Shown: positions 10,601 to 18,455 of the stretch, one piece after another
Numbering within the stretch: position 1 is the stretch's first letter
How the letters are laid out: every line of letters begins with the position of its first letter
Origin: Methanobacteriota archaeon
Lineage (GTDB): Archaea; Thermoplasmatota; Poseidoniia; Poseidoniales; Thalassarchaeaceae
Assembly: GCA_018650285.1 (NCBI GenBank)
Contig: JABIGF010000001.1
Coordinates: 34,072 to 98,071 of the forward strand
DNA: 64,000 nucleotides
Direction: 5' to 3'
Notes under the pieces: generated by a model
What the model saw: only the letters and a program-made list of their open reading frames with translations
Told to the model about the DNA's origin: nothing
Database searches by the model: none
Position numbers and translations under genes: made by a program

Positions 10601-12671
10601 TCTCAAAATGCTAGAAGAAACATTAGATTATTCTGATTTACTTCTTGCATATCCTAATCAAGTTGACCGACAGTATGCTGAGCAATTTTTGGCATTAATT
10701 AGGTCCCAAATGGCAGAAGCAGGCGGCGATGTAGTTCTACTTGCAGAGAGAATAAAACGCCTTTCATCAGTGAATGGAAAATTGCTTCCAGGAGAAGCGA
10801 TGCCGCCTTCAAATGCAGTAAGAGTGATGACGATTCATGCTTCAAAAGGTCTGCAATCAAAAGTAGTCGTTGTATGTGGTCTATTTTCAGAAAATCAGAG
10901 TAACCTTGGCCAATCTCTTCGTTCAAACATATTAGTATCTCAACAGATGTTTTCTCCACGAGCGAAACCTTGGAAGAGTAGAGATGCAATTGATAGTGGA
11001 AGTTGGAGGCTATCTACTGAAGTATTGACGTCACAAGTCCAAGCGGAGGCTCGTCGTTTGTTCTATGTTGCTTGTACTAGAGTCAAAGATAAATTGATAC
11101 TTGCGGGGGCTCCTAAGAATTGCAAAATCAACTCTACTTTGGGCGAGATTGAAATCCCTTGGAAATATAAGCCCACACCGCGATTTGGTTGGATGTGGTT
11201 AGAAGCAATTCGCCAGGCTGCTCGAAGAGATGGCCTATTGGAAGCGCCTTGGTTGATTGGAGATGACAGCGATTTGCCAGCACCACTTCCTTTCCGTTCA
11301 AAAGGTACCTTGACCATCTTACCAAATCAAATGATGACTAACCCATCTCTTGCTCCTGGGTTGTTGAATAGTTTGTCTATTTTCCACCATCCAGATTATA
11401 TTCTTCCTTCTCGTGAAATCACCTCACCTTTAGTAAAGTACACCCGTCTACAAGGGAGTGCGAGATTGCCAATTGTCAATGATACAGAATCTCTTTCACT
11501 ACGAAAAGCAAGTCGTAAAATTCGTATTGCTCCTCACATGTTAGATTCGGCGAATAGTTGCATACGTCGACATTGGTTAAAGCAATATGTTGGGATATCA
11601 AGTGAAGCAATTAATCTTCCATTAATCCAACAAAATGAGGGTGAAAATTCTGAAGGAGATTTTGATGAGCCAATTGGTCCAGCAGCGAATGTTCTGGGTT
11701 CACTTTTCCACCGACTTGTTGAACTTGGTATACCAAATCCCGGTGTTGAAAATGGTAAAGCATCAACTCCACTTTCAAGTCAATGGTTTACTCCAACACC
11801 TAACCGTATGTTAGACCAGTCTCTAATTTTCCAAGTGCTGGACGAATTATTGCCTGCAACAGTAGATAGAGATATTACAGCAAAAATGCTACAACGAATG
11901 GCTGAAATATTCATTGAAGGCAAACTTGGTAAACTTGTGAAAGGTGATGCAATTGAAGGCCTTCATGTAGAGGCATTGAGAACCGAATGGCCATTCTTAA
12001 TCAATATCAAGAAGCCCCTTTCAAGCACCTATTCAACTCGTTGGACACCCCAAAAGCAAGAGATTGTAGAAGAGATAGAATCTCTAACATTTGAGTTAGA
12101 TGGTATTGCCGATTTGGTGTTGTGTCAAACCGATGGTAAGTCAAGAAATACGATAAGAGCAATTGACCTAAAAACGACGGGAGCAATGTCTATTCTGAAT
12201 CCTCCTCAGAAGACAGAAGGTACAATTTACGAAATCCCATCAAATCCTGATGATGAAATAATTAGAACAGATGCAGAAGTCGAATTATTGAATCATTATC
12301 GAATCCAACTCTATCTTTACCATCTTTGTCTTGTTAGGCAAGAGAGAATGAGGGCTGAGAGTGGAATCGGTGAAAGAGAAGTTCTACGGCCAGCGATCCT
12401 AGTTGCTACAACTGGCCGATTGATATCTTGGACAGAAGAAGAATTTGCTGTAATTGAAGAAGAATTCAATCAATTAATCAAACAACTGGCAGAAGTGGAG
12501 ATTGAACTTCGTGGTGATGAATCTAATTTCCCAAGAATGCCGATTGAAAACAAAGATATTTGTGATAAATGTCCATATTTCCAAGGAAACATCAAGTTAT
12601 GTGCTCCTCAAGGTATAGCACTTGGAATGGCTCAACAGGGCGAATCTGAAGAAAATGGATTTAAGATTTGA
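7689..12671 (+). CDS. AddA/RecB-like UvrD-family SF1 helicase with a C-terminal RecB-family nuclease domain (1660 aa)
   Basis: SF1 helicase motifs are present: Walker A AGAGTGKT, Ia TFTVKAADEMRDRM, II FIIDEAQD, III VGDQKQSIYGFRQA, IV NYRT, V VMTIHASKGLQSKVVVV and VI RRLFYVACTRVKDKLILAG. The C-terminal nuclease carries the motifs GIADLVLCQTDG, IRAIDLKTTG and Q-x-x-x-Y (IQLYLYH), followed by a terminal CDKCx9C. Confidence 0.8.
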   Translation: MDLNRGQTLGLNLDMHIVLDAGAGTGKTACIVQRVLEHYLSEDQRATRLLPPGPREVDFGGGFLQTPAKDRENLRQWRGLLPTEVVVLTFTVKAADEMRDRMRSELARLRAGPRGVRNGLRYDPRIRNEGLIEQLTMLLDEAPIGTIDSFLNRLVSSYRSLLGDRPTHEQMSDAQRALLMERALSSLWRIRSEKHAGDLRIMSVSPADFLAARNRLSHQLGGRSRTQKIVSQLLHNSIFVDTVRRSLESHSGRVDAEAIRASFLSHLRADEIHDFALELFSICDDWLNAAKQRSEELGLPAALLSDTRVNALDTLVDNGIPDDLWDKLLWVYHATLAICSKSSIENIVPSSFPRGLLPNTDGWASGVQKLSSIKDKDVRAAVKEAMEDSQNRSKILFGTIRGMRIRSCAMISNLLDPRLGPPCCPTDSAVHVVRLSDPFPSYIDDEPVSLEAETDARIIADLLIVHKAAEDVLTELRLQEGLHDHSDVTQAAEDLLLARCPRICTRWYPPDITAALNAIDDEQPWRDEHIHAAISLCGNPDDGEIARHHVDYPMKLVKEDLERRYVILKTLRRRFRAFIIDEAQDNSNQQWRLLSRLWGEREEKEGDPEPPNSPWQPTVCWVGDQKQSIYGFRQAQVSGMARYTVHLRAINEHEYASEPRLLLKPALRRRDAARDPRLLEIKNFITGLDYVNHRPIPEEAWVEFDRGDDDRRLDQSDVIRRTQGHVDLVTNYRTCNDLLQTMNEWWVDLFDPRHHLFPGDWYAYAKGLRAHRIEESGQLEWLLPIATGETSNPPSDLTIPLDPFSLGSAAKQVHLEHELVATRIRSLIDGVPASVLSSELESTIVPSSDNIEPRDIMILMPSRTHMQDLIRRLDDLGIPALADQEGGLLEQPIVMALSALLQLTARRFDVSRAATLTRTPLVGFNDIELEKYIADKDGPQDLLERLQDHAISKPQRELFCRWKQLADCNRILKMLEETLDYSDLLLAYPNQVDRQYAEQFLALIRSQMAEAGGDVVLLAERIKRLSSVNGKLLPGEAMPPSNAVRVMTIHASKGLQSKVVVVCGLFSENQSNLGQSLRSNILVSQQMFSPRAKPWKSRDAIDSGSWRLSTEVLTSQVQAEARRLFYVACTRVKDKLILAGAPKNCKINSTLGEIEIPWKYKPTPRFGWMWLEAIRQAARRDGLLEAPWLIGDDSDLPAPLPFRSKGTLTILPNQMMTNPSLAPGLLNSLSIFHHPDYILPSREITSPLVKYTRLQGSARLPIVNDTESLSLRKASRKIRIAPHMLDSANSCIRRHWLKQYVGISSEAINLPLIQQNEGENSEGDFDEPIGPAANVLGSLFHRLVELGIPNPGVENGKASTPLSSQWFTPTPNRMLDQSLIFQVLDELLPATVDRDITAKMLQRMAEIFIEGKLGKLVKGDAIEGLHVEALRTEWPFLINIKKPLSSTYSTRWTPQKQEIVEEIESLTFELDGIADLVLCQTDGKSRNTIRAIDLKTTGAMSILNPPQKTEGTIYEIPSNPDDEIIRTDAEVELLNHYRIQLYLYHLCLVRQERMRAESGIGEREVLRPAILVATTGRLISWTEEEFAVIEEEFNQLIKQLAEVEIELRGDESNFPRMPIENKDICDKCPYFQGNIKLCAPQGIALGMAQQGESEENGFKI

Positions 12672-12708
12672 CCGGAGATTCAATGTCTAATACCCTTTGG
12701 CGGAAGGT

Positions 12709-14133
12709 ATGACAGCAACCGATGCGATTGATTGGCAGAGCATGGCAGAATTTACAGAATCGTATTGGGAGAACTCAGCGCTTCCAAGTCTTTCAGAATA
12801 CATCAAGATTCCAGCCCTATCTCCAGCATTTGATGTTGAATGGGAAAACAATGGCCACCTAGACGCAACAATTGACCATTTTCTTGGCTGGCTTGCTACT
12901 ATTGAAATCAAAGGATTAACAGCCTCAGTTCACAAAATTGTGGGCAGAACTCCACTACTTCTTCTCAAAGTTGAAGGCAGTGGAAAAGGAAATGTTCTAT
13001 TTTATTCACATCTCGACAAACAGCCAGAATTTACAGGTTGGGACGAAGGAAAGGGGCCTTGGCTTCCTGTTAGAGAAGACCCATGGTTGTATGGCCGAGG
13101 TTCGGTTGACGACGGGTATGGGGGATATTGCAGCCTCATTTCTCTCATGGCACTACAGGCCCAAGGAATCGCACATCCTTCTTGCACATTCATTCTTGAG
13201 ACATGTGAAGAGAGTGGTTCACCTGACCTTCCATTCTATCTTGAAGAGCTGACCGATGAACTAGGGATTCCTGATATGGTTGTCGTACTTGATTCTGGTT
13301 TGGGCGATTATGAACGCGTTTGGGTTACCGAAAGTTTGCGTGGTTTAGTAGGTGGAACATTGACAGTTGCGGTAACTTCTGAAGGTGTCCATTCTGGTAT
13401 GTCAAGTGGAATAATCCCATCATCATTTAGAATTGCACGGCAGATACTTTCCCGCCTTGAAGATGAGAACACTGGTGAAATATTACCTGATTGGTTGCAC
13501 ATTGATATCACTGATCAATTGCGTGCAGATTCAGCAGCGATTGTTGAGGTTTTGGGCGATGCTCTCATCACAGATTTCCCCTTCTTGGAAGGTGTCCAAT
13601 CGCAGCACGAAGACCTTGTTGAAGCATTGTTGGCTCAAAATTGGAGGCCGACACTATCTATCACTGGGGCTGATGGAATACCTGCGATTGCGAATGCGGG
13701 AAATGTTCTTCGAACACATACAACTTTGAAATTAAGTGTTCGAATTCCCCCAGGTGTTGATGCAGAATCGGCCTCTGAAAAATTGCAAGATTTGTTGCAA
13801 TCAAATCCACCACTTGGAGCGCATGTAACTTTCAAGCCTGAAGCGGCTGCTAACGGATTTGCAGCACCACCAATGCCAGCAAACATTGATGCTGCTTTTG
13901 ATGAAGCAAGTAAGAAGACATTCGGTGCAGGTTCAATGCCATTTTACGAAGGCGGAACCATTCCATTCCTTGCGATGATGCAGGAATCATATCCAAAAGC
14001 GTCCTTTTTGGTTACAGGTTGTGCGGGCCCAGGGAACAATGCACATGGTCCGAATGAAAAATTGCATATTCCAACTTTAAAGTCATTAACTCAATGCGTA
14101 GCAGCCGCTTTAGCATCAATGTCTTATGGGTGA
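12709..14133 (+). CDS. M20 family metallopeptidase (CNDP/PepV-like dipeptidase)
   Basis: Metal-binding motifs HLDKQP and LYGRGSVDDGYG are typical of M20 dipeptidases. The ORF track starts at 12697 (TTG); the first ATG is at 12709. Confidence 0.6.
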   Translation: MTATDAIDWQSMAEFTESYWENSALPSLSEYIKIPALSPAFDVEWENNGHLDATIDHFLGWLATIEIKGLTASVHKIVGRTPLLLLKVEGSGKGNVLFYSHLDKQPEFTGWDEGKGPWLPVREDPWLYGRGSVDDGYGGYCSLISLMALQAQGIAHPSCTFILETCEESGSPDLPFYLEELTDELGIPDMVVVLDSGLGDYERVWVTESLRGLVGGTLTVAVTSEGVHSGMSSGIIPSSFRIARQILSRLEDENTGEILPDWLHIDITDQLRADSAAIVEVLGDALITDFPFLEGVQSQHEDLVEALLAQNWRPTLSITGADGIPAIANAGNVLRTHTTLKLSVRIPPGVDAESASEKLQDLLQSNPPLGAHVTFKPEAAANGFAAPPMPANIDAAFDEASKKTFGAGSMPFYEGGTIPFLAMMQESYPKASFLVTGCAGPGNNAHGPNEKLHIPTLKSLTQCVAAALASMSYG

Positions 14134-14300
14134 TATTTGATAGAAATTATTCATTTCTGTTGAAATTATTGCAATTCTTAGGAATAGCATTGAATTAAGT
14201 AAATTGAGTTAATTTACAACTTTCAGACTAGACTTTGACTCGCCCCTACGGGGCGGCGGCTATATCAAGGGCAAGCGAGTGGGCTTGGCAAGTGGTTAGT

Positions 14301-14954
14301 ATGTCAGGAGACGATGAAGGCACAATTACTCCCGAAGTTCGCATCCGTCAAATGGAGGAGGAACTATCTCAGCAGACAGAGCGTGTAACTAAGTTGTACA
14401 GCGCTTTTGAGCAATCAGAGAAGGAAATAGTTCAACTCAAAGCAGAGATTGAAGTTCTTGAAAAAGAGGTAATTGACAAGGAAATTGAGCGGGAAGGGCT
14501 TGAGCAACTTCTAGGTGAGAAAGACCACCGCATTCGTGATTTGGAATTAACTGGTGCAAAGAAGGGCAAGCAAGTAGACCATCTTGAACCAGAACTTGAG
14601 AAGATGGAAGAAAAATTCACTCGTGAAAAAGAGCGTTTAACTCGTGTTTTTGAAATTGCTGAAGAGTTGGATAATGACCTTCGTTTAGCAGTTGCAGAAC
14701 TCAAGGCTCGTGACGATTGGTATGTTGACCACATGCGTGTTTTCGAAGACCTAAACAAGGCTATCAAGAGCCGTTACGAAATGATTGAGAATGCAGTAGA
14801 AGCAGAACGTAAGAGTCAGCACATGCAGCGAGCCATTAACGAAAAGTTAGCTGAAGCGATGGAAGCACGTTCTCAAGAAGCAGATGAAAATACTGCAGCA
14901 GAGAAAACCGCTGCTGAAGTTGAGTCAGCAGTTGAAGTTTCAGAAGAGGAATAA
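14301..14954 (+). CDS. acidic coiled-coil protein (hypothetical)
   Basis: Heptad-rich E/K/L composition throughout. The first ATG is at 14301. The upstream part of the track ORF contains a GC-rich palindrome and is probably non-coding. Confidence 0.35.
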   Translation: MSGDDEGTITPEVRIRQMEEELSQQTERVTKLYSAFEQSEKEIVQLKAEIEVLEKEVIDKEIEREGLEQLLGEKDHRIRDLELTGAKKGKQVDHLEPELEKMEEKFTREKERLTRVFEIAEELDNDLRLAVAELKARDDWYVDHMRVFEDLNKAIKSRYEMIENAVEAERKSQHMQRAINEKLAEAMEARSQEADENTAAEKTAAEVESAVEVSEEE

Positions 14955-14960
14955 CCCTTT

Positions 14961-16088
14961 TTGGAGGGTTTATTTTTGGATTCAACAGAGGAAGAAGAAG
15001 TTGCATCCCCTCAAGTTGACGAAGAAATTGAAGAAGTTATTGAAGAAGTTATTGAAGAAATAGATAATTCTCCTCAAGTAGAAGCGTCAGAAAAGCGTAA
15101 ATTTGTTATGTCAAAAAGACGCAAAATAATGGTTGCCGTTGGTGCCATTTTGTTACTATTACCTCTTGCTGCCTATCTTGCAATTGGTTGGCAAATCTAT
15201 GTGACTTTAGCCCATGCAGACCCAGGGTATGGGGACCAAGAAGGAAATAATCCTGCTCAGTTTAACGTTACTTGGGATGAGCATGTTGCCCTAGACACAT
15301 CCATCTATTTCATGGATAATTATGAGGACATCAATATTTCAAGTCGGACCGAAGGCATCACACTTTCTGGATGGTGGGTAGAAGTAGAGAATGCCACTCA
15401 ACCAGCACCCACGGTTATCATACAGCACGGCATTCGCTCATCAAAAGCAAGTTATCAGACGTTGATGGTTGCGGGAATGTTGAATCGCAATGGATTCAAT
15501 GTAGTGATGATTGATTTACGAGACCATGGGATGAGTACTGTTGAAGATGGCCGAGTAAGTATCGGTACCAAGGAATATATTGACGTAATGTCGCTTGTTG
15601 ATTGGTTGATTGAGAACAAATCAATTCCAGAAGAAAAAATTGGCATGGTGGGGAATTCAATGGGTGCAGGAACAGCAGCAATTTCATTTGGACAAGACAC
15701 TAGAATCCAAGCAGTAGTTCTTGATTCGGGATATCTTAACTTGGATGTAATCGTTAAAGAAGAATTAGAACGGGAAAGTTACCCGCCGTGGCTTTTCAAC
15801 GGCGCCCTTTTTTCAGCATGGCTATTTGGTGGCGAGAGTCTACTTGACCCATCTCCTACAAGTGCCTTTGAAAATGCAGGACAGCGCTCTATTTTCATAA
15901 TTCATGGCACCGCCGATGATAGAGTGGATTCCCACCACTCTGAAGATATGATTTCATTAGCCGAAGATCTCGATGTGAATGCGTCATCTTGGTTTGTAGA
16001 AGATGCTGGCCATGTTGAAGTAAAACTCCTTCATGCAGAAGAATACGAGCAACGGTTAGTTGATTTTTTCACAGCAACTATTGTTTAG
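14961..16088 (+). CDS. membrane-anchored alpha/beta-hydrolase. The start is uncertain: the first ATG is at 15108, just before the TM helix, while an alternative TTG start at 14961 would add an acidic EEVIEEVIEE tail.
   Basis: GNSMGAG nucleophile elbow (GxSxG), a downstream Asp/His (HGTADD), and an N-terminal signal-anchor MSKRRKIMVAVGAILLLLPLAAYL. Confidence 0.45.
   Translation: MEGLFLDSTEEEEVASPQVDEEIEEVIEEVIEEIDNSPQVEASEKRKFVMSKRRKIMVAVGAILLLLPLAAYLAIGWQIYVTLAHADPGYGDQEGNNPAQFNVTWDEHVALDTSIYFMDNYEDINISSRTEGITLSGWWVEVENATQPAPTVIIQHGIRSSKASYQTLMVAGMLNRNGFNVVMIDLRDHGMSTVEDGRVSIGTKEYIDVMSLVDWLIENKSIPEEKIGMVGNSMGAGTAAISFGQDTRIQAVVLDSGYLNLDVIVKEELERESYPPWLFNGALFSAWLFGGESLLDPSPTSAFENAGQRSIFIIHGTADDRVDSHHSEDMISLAEDLDVNASSWFVEDAGHVEVKLLHAEEYEQRLVDFFTATIV
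15021..15061 (+). repeat. tandem 12-nt repeat (gaagaagttatt x2 with degenerate flanks) encoding EEIEEVIEEVIEE
   Basis: Direct repeat visible in the sequence. It lies in frame with the hydrolase ORF upstream of its first ATG. Confidence 0.5.
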
Positions 16089-16099
16089 TTCAATGATGA

Positions 16100-16828
16100 T
16101 TACTCCGGCTTTGAGCCGTCAGCAAGTCGAATACATTGAGCAGGAACTCCGCCCCAAATTTCACCTGCAGGAATTTCAGAATATTTTGTTAGCACCGCAT
16201 TGCCAGCAAGTATCGCCCCATCACCAATTACACATCCTGGCATAATAAGTGAATTAGCACCAATTACGCAACCTTTGCCTATTATTATTGGTGAAAGAAC
16301 CAACTCATCCTTTTCTACAATATGACCGTTTATTTCGGCACTTCCTCCGATAATAGTTTCTTCACCTATTGAAACCATGAAACAGTCATTCACATTTGTT
16401 GAATTAAGTTGCGCCCCACTACCAATTTTGCACCCCATCATTGAGTAGTATACATTGGCAATCCAAGAGGGAATCACCTGTGCCAAAAACGGTTTTGCTA
16501 ACCGGTGAAGAAGTGAAAAAAAGGCCCAACGGATTGTAATCGCCGATTTCAAGGGGACTCTAGCGTCAGGGAGACGAGGTCTGACGATAATACCAAAACT
16601 TCCAATGATTAAGAAAGTGAAGATGCCCCATAAGAGGTAAGCAACCCCGCCCCCTAGTCCAAGAATAATAGCGCGAATCCAAAGTTCTAAACTTGCAGTA
16701 TCTTCAACTAAATAGAGGAGAAAAGCGGCCCCCGGTGCAGCAGCAAGGCCCCAAATTGTGATACACATTACAATAGCAAGAGTAGAGAGTAGATGTTGTA
16801 CAAATGCAAAATTCTTCATATTTCCCAC
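16100..16828 (-). CDS. membrane-anchored hexapeptide-repeat (left-handed beta-helix) acyltransferase
   Basis: N-terminal TM segments followed by the hexapeptide repeats IGKGCVIGANSLIMPGCVIGDGAILAGNAVL. Confidence 0.5.
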   Translation of the reverse strand: MGNMKNFAFVQHLLSTLAIVMCITIWGLAAAPGAAFLLYLVEDTASLELWIRAIILGLGGGVAYLLWGIFTFLIIGSFGIIVRPRLPDARVPLKSAITIRWAFFSLLHRLAKPFLAQVIPSWIANVYYSMMGCKIGSGAQLNSTNVNDCFMVSIGEETIIGGSAEINGHIVEKDELVLSPIIIGKGCVIGANSLIMPGCVIGDGAILAGNAVLTKYSEIPAGEIWGGVPAQCIRLADGSKPE

Positions 16829-16934
16829 CTCAATAGTTGGATATAATTGTGGCGAGGTGGGACCTGATTGTTATCAATGTCGCGCCAGAATATTTTCCCT
16901 AAAATATCGTTTTGATATAGCGGGGGATTCATCA

Positions 16935-18101
16935 ATGGGTGGCGAGCCGCATGAGATGAGAATCGTGACTAAGGACCCAACATCTTGCAGCGCTGGAATC
17001 ATTTCTAGCGGAAGCAAGGCCGTAAAGATTCATCATCTAATCAAGGCGCCTGAAAATAATCCTGGCTCAATTCGTAAGCGCGAATCTTGGGATGCTAATG
17101 AGTTAGCTACTGTTTTCCAATCCCCTGAAAGGCTTCCAGATGGCACATTTTGTGAAGCAACAACTGTGATTTTTAGAACACGTGGTTGCGTCTGGTGGTG
17201 GAATTCAGGTTGCACTTTCTGTGGCTACTTCAACGATGTAAGAGACGATGTTACTGTTGACAACCTGATGGCACAATGGCAGGCTGCTAAAGACCAAACA
17301 AACAATTTTGAAGGTTCGGAAGTAATCAAAGTCTACACATCTGGGACATTTTTTGAGGACCGTGAAAATCCTCCTGAGTGGCAAGAGCATATTTTACGAG
17401 AAACGCACGAGCGAGGCCTTCGTTTGATAGTTGAAGCAAGAGCAGAAATGTGTACGCCTGAAAAGATGGCTTGGGTAGCAGAACGCCATCCTGGATGTGT
17501 CATTGCAATTGGCTTAGAAGCGTATGATGACGAGGTTCTGAAGTTTCATTGCAACAAAGGTTTCTCAATAAAACAGTGGAACCGAGCGGTTGAGGTATTA
17601 CGTGAAAACAAGTTAGAAGTCAAAACCTATCTTTTGTTCAAACCGCCTTTCATGTCTGAGAGTGATTCTTTGACACATTGCATTGAGTGGATCCGTAAGG
17701 TTGGACCACTTTCTGATGAAGTGAGCGTCAATCCGATGAATATCCAACGAAATACGATTGTTGACAGGTTATTCCGTCACCGTGAGTATCGGCCTCCATG
17801 GTTGTGGTCTTTAGTTGAAATGATACGCCTAGTGCATGATGTGCCCGGCCGATTGATAGTTCATCCAACCGCTGCTGGGCGGATACGTGGGGCGCATAAT
17901 TGCGGCAAATGTGACAAGCACGTTGCTGCAGCAATTGAGCGATATTCAGTTTCTGCCGATTTGCGAGAATTTGATGGAATCACTTGTGATTGTGAGAAAA
18001 TCTGGGCTTCTGAAATCGAATTAGATTCCTCAATTCCAGTTCCACTTGGAATCGGAATAGATCGCCGTTTGCCTCCTGAAGATTCGCTAATGTCTCCTTA
18101 A
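16935..18101 (+). CDS. putative Fe-S (radical-SAM-like) enzyme with an atypical Cx7Cx2C motif
   Basis: The TRGCVWWWNSGCTFCGYF cluster and the layout resemble radical SAM/TIM-barrel enzymes, with a later CGKCDKH. The ORF track start at 16758 overlaps the upstream gene; the first plausible ATG (MGGEPHEM) is at 16935. Confidence 0.3.
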   Translation: MGGEPHEMRIVTKDPTSCSAGIISSGSKAVKIHHLIKAPENNPGSIRKRESWDANELATVFQSPERLPDGTFCEATTVIFRTRGCVWWWNSGCTFCGYFNDVRDDVTVDNLMAQWQAAKDQTNNFEGSEVIKVYTSGTFFEDRENPPEWQEHILRETHERGLRLIVEARAEMCTPEKMAWVAERHPGCVIAIGLEAYDDEVLKFHCNKGFSIKQWNRAVEVLRENKLEVKTYLLFKPPFMSESDSLTHCIEWIRKVGPLSDEVSVNPMNIQRNTIVDRLFRHREYRPPWLWSLVEMIRLVHDVPGRLIVHPTAAGRIRGAHNCGKCDKHVAAAIERYSVSADLREFDGITCDCEKIWASEIELDSSIPVPLGIGIDRRLPPEDSLMSP

Positions 18102-18179
18102 TTTTGCATCATGGCTTCGCCCAATGCTTAAGGACAACTTTCATTTCGGGAAGATTGCCTATAGGCAATCTGTGGTGAA

Positions 18180-18446
18180 GTGATGAGTGAACTACCTGAA
18201 ATGGTGCAAGGTGATGGAGAACCTGGGGCATCAACAACTGTTTGGACATTGAGTATAGTGGGTGCCTTAGCATTCATGATATTATACGGCGTTTTGTACC
18301 CTGGAAGCCCTTTCCCAGGCTTAGGAGATATTATTCCTCTATTCAGTGAACTTGGCAATAGTCTTGTTTGGTTCTTTATCGCAGGAATTATTCTTGGTAT
18401 GGGGATGTTAGTGGTTATGCTTGTTGGGGAGTCCATTGCGGAGTGA
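18180..18446 (+). CDS. small two-TM membrane protein
   Basis: Two hydrophobic helices. It lies immediately upstream of the large membrane protein. Confidence 0.3.
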   Translation: MMSELPEMVQGDGEPGASTTVWTLSIVGALAFMILYGVLYPGSPFPGLGDIIPLFSELGNSLVWFFIAGIILGMGMLVVMLVGESIAE

Positions 18447-18455
18447 GGTGATATT

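Noticed and set aside
5078-11325. Numerous 60-130 aa ORFs on the opposite strand or in other frames inside the two large helicase-nuclease genes (for example 5078-5287, 5709-6113, 6501-6791, 8548-8763, 10280-10606, 11063-11317)
   Set aside because: They are fully embedded in long ORFs with strong motif support and show low-complexity or atypical composition. These are spurious six-frame artefacts.
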